A stretch of 64,000 nt of DNA, taken from the NCBI GenBank assembly GCA_964483295.1, contig CAZAAD010000001.1:27875-91874 (forward strand). The letters are read 5' to 3'. The translations under genes and the position numbers were made by a program. The notes beneath the pieces are model-generated. The model was not told where the DNA came from, made no database searches, and saw only the letters and a program-made list of their open reading frames with translations. Shown here in pieces: positions 58,323 to 64,000 of the stretch (position 1 is the first letter of the stretch; the number at the start of each line of letters is the position of its first letter). The DNA comes from an uncultured Gammaproteobacteria bacterium (GTDB taxonomy: Bacteria > Patescibacteriota > Patescibacteriia > Patescibacteriales > UBA12465).

Positions 58323-58955
58323 TTATACTTTATTTTTCAGCTCACCTTTAATCATTTTTATAATTTCTGGAAATTCTGATATTTTAAAATGGCCGGCAAC
58401 ATGAGGATAAACAGCAATATGTGCTTTAGTTAACTTGGTAGCATACTTGGCAGAGTGTGCCGCCGGAACAACATCGTCATTTTCAGAAAAAAGTAAATGC
58501 AAATTGCGACAGCTCTTCTCTAGTAAAGATAGGTTTTGGGGCAACTTAAACCCGCCAACCAAGCTCTCTCCAGGCAAATCACCGTCAAAAGGGGGCGCGA
58601 TTAAATAAACCGATAGAAATTTTTTGGTTAATTTGTTTTCCGATAAATATTTAGCCAAGAACATTCCTCCTAAAGAAGAACCAATTAAAACATCCCCGGA
58701 ACGCAAAAACGTCAGATAGCGCTCAAAATGTATTTTCCAATCTTCATACTTAGCATCATCAGCTAATGGCATGTTGGGGCGAATAATTTCCAAATATCGA
58801 CCTAGCTTTTCATCAAGATAACCGCGATGCCATCTCTCTTTTTTGTCTAATGATATTTCTCTGGTGCGCAGATAATCTAAATACTCGCGGCGATTTTTAA
58901 AAGTCATTCCACCATGAATAAATAAAATTCTGGGCTTGCGCTTTTTTGTGGTCAT
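58323..58955 (-). CDS. Alpha/beta hydrolase (RBBP9/YdeN-like)
   Basis: FIHGG, GSSLGG, SENDDVVP, GHF. Confidence 0.85.
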   Translation of the reverse strand: MTTKKRKPRILFIHGGMTFKNRREYLDYLRTREISLDKKERWHRGYLDEKLGRYLEIIRPNMPLADDAKYEDWKIHFERYLTFLRSGDVLIGSSLGGMFLAKYLSENKLTKKFLSVYLIAPPFDGDLPGESLVGGFKLPQNLSLLEKSCRNLHLLFSENDDVVPAAHSAKYATKLTKAHIAVYPHVAGHFKISEFPEIIKMIKGELKNKV

Positions 58956-58964
58956 ATATACGAA

Positions 58965-58989
58965 AACTGCTCAAGAAACTTGAGCAGTT
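58965..58989 (-). terminator. Hairpin/terminator after asnS
   Basis: aactgctcaag-aaa-cttgagcagtt perfect stem. Confidence 0.7.
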
Positions 58990-58996
58990 AGGCTAA

Positions 58997-60391
58997 TTAA
59001 AATTCTAAATTTTTTGGCGTGCGCGGAAAAGGAATTACATCTCGGATGTTAGCCATGCCTGTTAAATACATAATCGCTCTCTCGAATCCAAGACCAAAAC
59101 CAGCATGCTTGACTGAACCGAAGCGGCGCAAGTCTAAGTACCACCAATAATCCTCCTCCTTAAGATTCAGCTCTTTAATTCGCTTCACTAGTAAATCATA
59201 ACGCTCTTCTCTCTGGCTGCCGCCAATCAGTTCGCCAATTCCTGGAACAAGTAAGTCAGCCGCGGCCACAGTCTTACCATCATCATTCTGACGCATATAA
59301 AAAGCCTTAATCTCCTTGGGATAATCCATCAGAAAAACCGGCTTGCCGAAAATCTTTTCGGTAATATAGCGCTCATGCTCAGTCTTTAAATCAACCCCCC
59401 AATAAACTGGATTTTCAAATTTTTCCCCGCTCTTAAGCAGCAAGTCAACCGCCTCAGTATAAGTAATCCTAACAAAATCGGATTTAACAATATTATCTAA
59501 ACGCTCCAACAGTCCTGGATCAATAAATTTATTAAAGAATTCCATCTCCTCCGGCAATTCTTTCAAAACATAGGAGACCATGTATTTAAGCATCTCCTCT
59601 GCTAAATTCATATCATCTTCTAGATCAGCAAACGCCATCTCCGGCTCAACCATCCAAAATTCACAAGCATGGCGGGTCGTATTAGAATTCTCAGCCCGAA
59701 AAGTTGGGCCAAAAGTATAAACACGATTCAAGCCATTAATCAGAGTTTCTGCTTCTAGTTGTCCGCTAACAGTTAGCCCGGCCTGCTTGCCAAAAAAATC
59801 TTGAGAAAAATCAACCTTCCCTTCCTTGTCTTTTGGAATTGGTTTCTCTAAATTAAACATTGTTAGATTAAACACTTCGCCCGCCCCTTCACAGTCGCTG
59901 CCGGAAATTATTGGCGTGTGCACATAAGCAAAACCTCTTTCTTGAAAAAACTTATGGAGAGCAAATGACAAAGCTGAACGCAAACGATAGACCGCAGTAA
60001 AAGTATTGCTGCGTCCACGGAGATGAGCAATTTCGCGTAAAAATTCAAAACTATGTCTTTTCTTTTGCAAAGGATAATCAGGGGCAGCCGCATTAATAAT
60101 TTCTACCCGCGAAGCCTTAAGCTCAAATGGCTGGCCGGCAGCTGGTGATTCAATAATAGTTCCCTCAACTTCAAGTGAAGAGCCAACAGGAATTTTTTCC
60201 AACTCCGCAAAATTATTTAAATCATTATTAACTACAACCTGTAAGCTTTTGAAAAAACTGCCATCATTGAGTTCAATGAAAGCGATGTCTCCTGAGGATC
60301 GACTCGTGCGCACCCAGCCACCGACTTTAACGTCTTTGCCGAAATACGACGCCACCTCCTGATAAATGTCCTTAACGTGAGTGTAGCTCAT
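58997..60391 (-). CDS. asnS: Asparagine-tRNA ligase
   Basis: [48 protein letters not shown]. Confidence 0.97.
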   Translation of the reverse strand: MSYTHVKDIYQEVASYFGKDVKVGGWVRTSRSSGDIAFIELNDGSFFKSLQVVVNNDLNNFAELEKIPVGSSLEVEGTIIESPAAGQPFELKASRVEIINAAAPDYPLQKKRHSFEFLREIAHLRGRSNTFTAVYRLRSALSFALHKFFQERGFAYVHTPIISGSDCEGAGEVFNLTMFNLEKPIPKDKEGKVDFSQDFFGKQAGLTVSGQLEAETLINGLNRVYTFGPTFRAENSNTTRHACEFWMVEPEMAFADLEDDMNLAEEMLKYMVSYVLKELPEEMEFFNKFIDPGLLERLDNIVKSDFVRITYTEAVDLLLKSGEKFENPVYWGVDLKTEHERYITEKIFGKPVFLMDYPKEIKAFYMRQNDDGKTVAAADLLVPGIGELIGGSQREERYDLLVKRIKELNLKEEDYWWYLDLRRFGSVKHAGFGLGFERAIMYLTGMANIRDVIPFPRTPKNLEF

Positions 60392-60480
60392 AGTATTAAA
60401 GGTTAATAATATATCTAAAATATAATAAAAAACCGCACTTAAGTCAAATAAGAAACTAAAAATGCGGTTCTAAAATAAAG

Positions 60481-60756
60481 CTAACGAGCAAGAAATAAAT
60501 ATACGAGGTAAGCCAAAGCGGCGTTCTGAATCATTATAAACGGCATGCCAAGCAAGAAATACCACTTCTTAGTTTTATGGCGAAAAGCAAACATGCCTAA
60601 ATATATACCAACAGAGCCACCAAGAGCTGCCCAAAAAAACATCATTCCCTCAGAAATTCGGCGATAAACCGGATTACGAGACTTAGTCTTATCGATCAGC
60701 ATTACAACAAATGCTAGGACATTAATTAACACCAAAACTAATAAAAGTGCTGACAT
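60481..60756 (-). CDS. DUF1294 family membrane protein
   Basis: DK.KS...RISE...LGGS.G...GM..FRHKT.K. Confidence 0.88.
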   Translation of the reverse strand: MSALLLVLVLINVLAFVVMLIDKTKSRNPVYRRISEGMMFFWAALGGSVGIYLGMFAFRHKTKKWYFLLGMPFIMIQNAALAYLVYLFLAR

Positions 60757-60763
60757 AAATTAT

Positions 60764-62206
60764 TTATTGCGTTCTCCCTCGAAAACGGCTCGGTCGAGCA
60801 GACTGCTGACTAGTGCCACGAGAATGAAAATTTCCTGCCGGGCGGCGGCGGCGATTACCGGATGATGGTCTTGAAGATGATTCTGATTGACCGCCAGAAG
60901 ATGGACGCGAAGATGACGACCTGCCTCCAGAAGATGGACGGGCCGATGAATACTGTCTATTTGATGATTGTCTTGAAGATGAAGCCTTGCCACTAAAATT
61001 TCCTCGGCGCGCAAAAGAGCCCTTCCGCATATCGGGATTAGTCGCCTGATTTTCCGGACGAGCAAAAGCGGTTTGCTTAATCTCTTTGTTTATTAATCTC
61101 TCAATTTCTCTTATTTCCCGACGCTCACTGGTTGTAGCAAAAGTAATTGCTTTACCAGGCTGGTCCGCTCGGCCTGTGCGACCAATGCGATGAACGTAAT
61201 CGTCAGAGTTATCAGGAAGATTAAAATTAACCACCAACTCAATCCCGTTAACATCAAGACCGCGGGCAGCAACATCAGTGGCTACTAAAATTCTGTCCTT
61301 CTTAGACTTAAACCCAGCCAAGGCTAAACGGCGACGATTAAGCGAAAGATTGGAATGAATTTCTACAGCTTTGTGACCTAAATCCTGTAATCTAGCAGTT
61401 AGATTTTTAACACCGTGTTTCGTACGAACAAAAACTAAAACCGAGCCTTTATAAAAAGCGAGAACTTTTAGTAAATGAGAAACGCGATCTTCTGGGTTAA
61501 TAATAAAAATTTCTTGATCAACCTTAGCAGCGGTTGTCCCCGGAGGAGCGACTTCAATACTAACCGGCAACTTCATAAAAGTCGCGGCTAAATTTAAAAT
61601 TGCCGCTGGCATAGTAGCCGAAAATAAAAGGGTTTGCCTATCAGTCGGTGCCTGTTTTAAAATTTCTTTAATCTGCGGGGCGAAGCCCATGTCAAGCATC
61701 ATATCCGCTTCATCTAAAATCAAAACTTTAATCTGATCTAGTTTAAAAGTTCGCCGTGCCAAATGATCAATCAAGCGACCAGGCGTAGCGATAACAACAT
61801 GTGGTTTTTTGCGTAGATGAAATAATTGTCTATCTAAAGACTCACCACCAATAAGTAACGCAGTCTTTAATCCTAAAGCATGGCCCAAGGTCTTAAAACT
61901 TTCTTCAACCTGAGTTGCTAATTCGCGAGTCGGCGCAATGACTAAAGCTTGACCCTTCTCTGCTCCTAAGCGCTGTAAAGTCGGTAAACCATAGGCAAAA
62001 GTTTTGCCTGTTCCAGTTTGAGCGATACCAATTAAATCTTGACCCGCAATTGCTACTGGAATAGCTTTGCGCTGAATTGGAGTTGGATGTTCTAATTTGA
62101 GATTATGTAAAACTGCTAATAAAGAATCGCTGATTCCTAAATCAGAAAATTTTGTCTGGTCTGGCGTAGCTTCTTTATCAGCTGCGCGCCCTAATGGCTT
62201 GTTCAT
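60764..62206 (-). CDS. DEAD-box RNA helicase (RhlE-like) with an S/R/G-rich tail
   Basis: Q motif, AQTGTGKT, PTRELA, TPGR, DEAD, SAT, ARGLD, HRIGRTGR. Confidence 0.96.
   Translation of the reverse strand: MNKPLGRAADKEATPDQTKFSDLGISDSLLAVLHNLKLEHPTPIQRKAIPVAIAGQDLIGIAQTGTGKTFAYGLPTLQRLGAEKGQALVIAPTRELATQVEESFKTLGHALGLKTALLIGGESLDRQLFHLRKKPHVVIATPGRLIDHLARRTFKLDQIKVLILDEADMMLDMGFAPQIKEILKQAPTDRQTLLFSATMPAAILNLAATFMKLPVSIEVAPPGTTAAKVDQEIFIINPEDRVSHLLKVLAFYKGSVLVFVRTKHGVKNLTARLQDLGHKAVEIHSNLSLNRRRLALAGFKSKKDRILVATDVAARGLDVNGIELVVNFNLPDNSDDYVHRIGRTGRADQPGKAITFATTSERREIREIERLINKEIKQTAFARPENQATNPDMRKGSFARRGNFSGKASSSRQSSNRQYSSARPSSGGRSSSSRPSSGGQSESSSRPSSGNRRRRPAGNFHSRGTSQQSARPSRFRGRTQ
60855..60985 (-). 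repeat. Degenerate RPSSGG/SSSR peptide repeats in the helicase tail
   Basis: ccagaagatggacg occurs twice 33 nt apart; several gaagatga units. Confidence 0.7.
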
Positions 62207-62239
62207 AGAAAAATAAAAAATAAATAATTGTTACTGTTA

Positions 62240-63046
62240 TCAGATTGCTAAATTTAAGTTCTTAAGAAATCTGACCGTAACAAAAGAACTGACTATGATG
62301 ATAATGCCCATCATAATCATTTGTGGCCAAGGCAAAGAAAATCCGCCTTGACTCAAAACTATCATAATTGAAATGATAGCGGCGCCCATCGTAATGAAGA
62401 AAGTCAGAAATGGAACTGTTAACACTTGTCCTAAAACATTTTTCTGACGCAACAAATGAGAAACGATAATCGCCCCAGGCAACAAGAAAGCCATATCAAG
62501 CACTTGAATCGGATTAACAAATAACCCAATCTTATCCACGTCTTGAGGAAGCCCGCCGTTAATTAAGGCCCGGATGATATCACTAGCCCATAAAGCATAG
62601 AACATTATGCCAATAATAAGCAAGAGGCGACTAGCCATTCTTGTTTTTACCTTAGCAAAATTATGGCCAATTATTGACCAATCTAAGCCAATTAAGCTGC
62701 CCAAGAAGCTATAAAACGACAAACCCAAAATTGCCACATAAACTAAAAATAAAGGCCCAAAATGGATAAAAAATGAATATAAAGCATAGGAATAGACAAG
62801 ATATAACAAAAGGCCGAGCCAGATTAAAAAAGCACCTAAAGCTTTTTTTGGTAAATAAAAAGTCGTAACTAACAAAAGTGGCACCACTAAAAACAAATTA
62901 ATATAATCCTGAGCCATCGCCTGCAAAGCCCAGTTAATTGTCTCTTGGGAATAGGTTTCAGAATTAATTACCCCAAGTAAACTAGCCACAGTAACCAATA
63001 AGCTAATCAGGACAGCTAGCCAAATATATATTTTAGATATTTTCAT
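62240..63046 (-). CDS. Polytopic membrane protein of unknown function
   Basis: About 8 hydrophobic segments; QD and LD motifs. Confidence 0.75.
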   Translation of the reverse strand: MKISKIYIWLAVLISLLVTVASLLGVINSETYSQETINWALQAMAQDYINLFLVVPLLLVTTFYLPKKALGAFLIWLGLLLYLVYSYALYSFFIHFGPLFLVYVAILGLSFYSFLGSLIGLDWSIIGHNFAKVKTRMASRLLLIIGIMFYALWASDIIRALINGGLPQDVDKIGLFVNPIQVLDMAFLLPGAIIVSHLLRQKNVLGQVLTVPFLTFFITMGAAIISIMIVLSQGGFSLPWPQMIMMGIIIIVSSFVTVRFLKNLNLAI

Positions 63047-63053
63047 AACCGCC

Positions 63054-63845
63054 CTATTTCTTAAAAATTAATTTCTTAGCTAAAAAATCAACTATTCGTC
63101 CGAATAAATATTTTATCGACCCCAACTTAACTGGATACCAATAATCAGATTCGAGCCAGCCCTTCTCGCGAAAATGACGTGCATCCTTATTATCTTGTCC
63201 GGAATATTTATGAGCCAAGCGAGTCATATGAAACATTAAAATTCTAAAAAAACTTGGAGATGGCTGCTGGTGACGATTAATTTCTTTTGAGAAGCGCTTA
63301 GCTAGTTTTTTAACCTGGACATCAACTCTCTTAACCTCATCCTTATTCCAGGGGCTAATCGGGTTGTAGGCGGCAGATGTTAAGGTTAAAATTGTTCCTT
63401 TAATATAATTCCCACCCCAAAATCCCACTGTCTGTTTAAAATATTTTTCTATTGCTCCACCACCAAACACGCCCTGGGTAATAATCACTGTAAAACCTCT
63501 TTTAAAAAACATCGGGTGATGAACAACAAAGGCATATCTATCAAGAAAATTCTTCATCAAATGTGTTACCTGTAAAGAAAAATTAGAAGTAGCAAAAACA
63601 ACACCATCAGCCTCGTCCATTTTCTGTAGAATAATATCGCGATCGTCTTTAAGTGGACAGGTCTCTTCCCCGCGAGACAGACAAGAGGCACAGCCGAGAC
63701 AACCTTTTAAATCCACCTCTCTTAAATTTAAAAGTTCCACCGAAAAATCAGTGCCTAAACGAGCAATAAACGCATCAATCACGCGCCTAGTCTGACCCAA
63801 AGGACGAAGGCTGCCGTTAATAATTAAGATTTTCTTGTTATTCAT
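63054..63845 (-). CDS. Flavodoxin-like NADPH-dependent FMN reductase / iron-sulfur flavoprotein
   Basis: INGSLR, CLGCASC....ETC, ADGVVFAT, MKNFLDR; start trimmed to MNNKKI. Confidence 0.88.
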   Translation of the reverse strand: MNNKKILIINGSLRPLGQTRRVIDAFIARLGTDFSVELLNLREVDLKGCLGCASCLSRGEETCPLKDDRDIILQKMDEADGVVFATSNFSLQVTHLMKNFLDRYAFVVHHPMFFKRGFTVIITQGVFGGGAIEKYFKQTVGFWGGNYIKGTILTLTSAAYNPISPWNKDEVKRVDVQVKKLAKRFSKEINRHQQPSPSFFRILMFHMTRLAHKYSGQDNKDARHFREKGWLESDYWYPVKLGSIKYLFGRIVDFLAKKLIFKK

Positions 63846-63945
63846 ACAATTATCATTCTCCAATAAACATAGCATAAAAAGCTTGATTTTAAAAGAAATT
63901 TTAGATTATATTGCCTTTGGCTGGCCCTTGTCCTATTATGTCTAT

Positions 63946-64000
63946 ATGACCATATTATTGCAGGTAAACAATCTCAGTAAAGAATACAGCGGACAAAAAA
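63946..64000 (+). CDS. N-terminus of a probable ABC ATPase, truncated by the window end
   Basis: ATG 63946 gives MTILLQVNNLSKEYSGQK, a typical start of an ABC ATP-binding domain. Confidence 0.55.
   Translation, partial: MTILLQVNNLSKEYSGQK

Noticed and set aside
2197-60093. Many 60-160 aa ORFs nested in or antisense to long genes (e.g. 14605..14991, 51168..51614, 55513..56001)
   Set aside because: Fully overlap well-supported genes and have no recognisable motifs; expected shadow ORFs.
60760-61065. 101-aa alternative-frame ORF in the helicase tail
   Set aside because: Produced by the low-complexity repeat; no independent start signals.
7876-63875. Long N-terminal extensions in the ORF track (rlmH, eno, mraZ, typA, marR, M48 and others)
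   Set aside because: They overlap upstream genes or promoters; family homology begins at a downstream ATG.
1-64000. Mobile elements, prophage, integron cassettes, tRNA/rRNA, stop-codon recoding
   Set aside because: No transposase, integrase, attC-like repeats or tRNA/rRNA motifs seen by eye; conserved genes are full length under code 11. A tRNAscan/Infernal run would be the definitive check.

Overview
AT-rich, gene-dense bacterial chromosome segment, mostly minus-strand and consistent with code 11 (TGA is used as a stop). Gene content and Shine-Dalgarno-free AT-rich leaders suggest Patescibacteria/CPR (Parcubacteria/ABY1-like); this taxonomy is an inference. It holds a truncated sugar transferase, an RNase P RNA gene missed by the ORF track, large secreted Cys-hydrolase-like proteins, rRNA/tRNA modification genes (rlmH, rlmN, rsmH, tgt, dus), pyk-eno, cell-envelope glycosyl genes, a partial dcw cluster (mraZ-rsmH-ftsL-ftsI-murF) running into rfbD-rfbA, cysS, rnhB, typA, rarA, a P-type ATPase, an ECF sigma module, a MacAB-like ABC exporter, greA, a purC-purE fusion with a divergent purM, marR, asnS and a DEAD-box helicase. 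I saw no CRISPR array, tRNA, rRNA, transposase or integrase. Most notable: (1) an ECF sigma/candidate anti-sigma/secreted-target module with two matching TGAAGAAA-N13-GCGTATTA promoters whose -35 TGA is the upstream stop codon; (2) an animal-PAICS-like PurC-PurE(class II) fusion in an operon with an atypical PurM; (3) stand-alone orphan transcription units sharing a sigma70 promoter + boxA-like leader + terminator layout, one of which looks like a ~135-nt small RNA or micro-ORF; (4) a Tgt lacking all four Zn ligands. All product calls come from reading motifs by eye, not from database searches.
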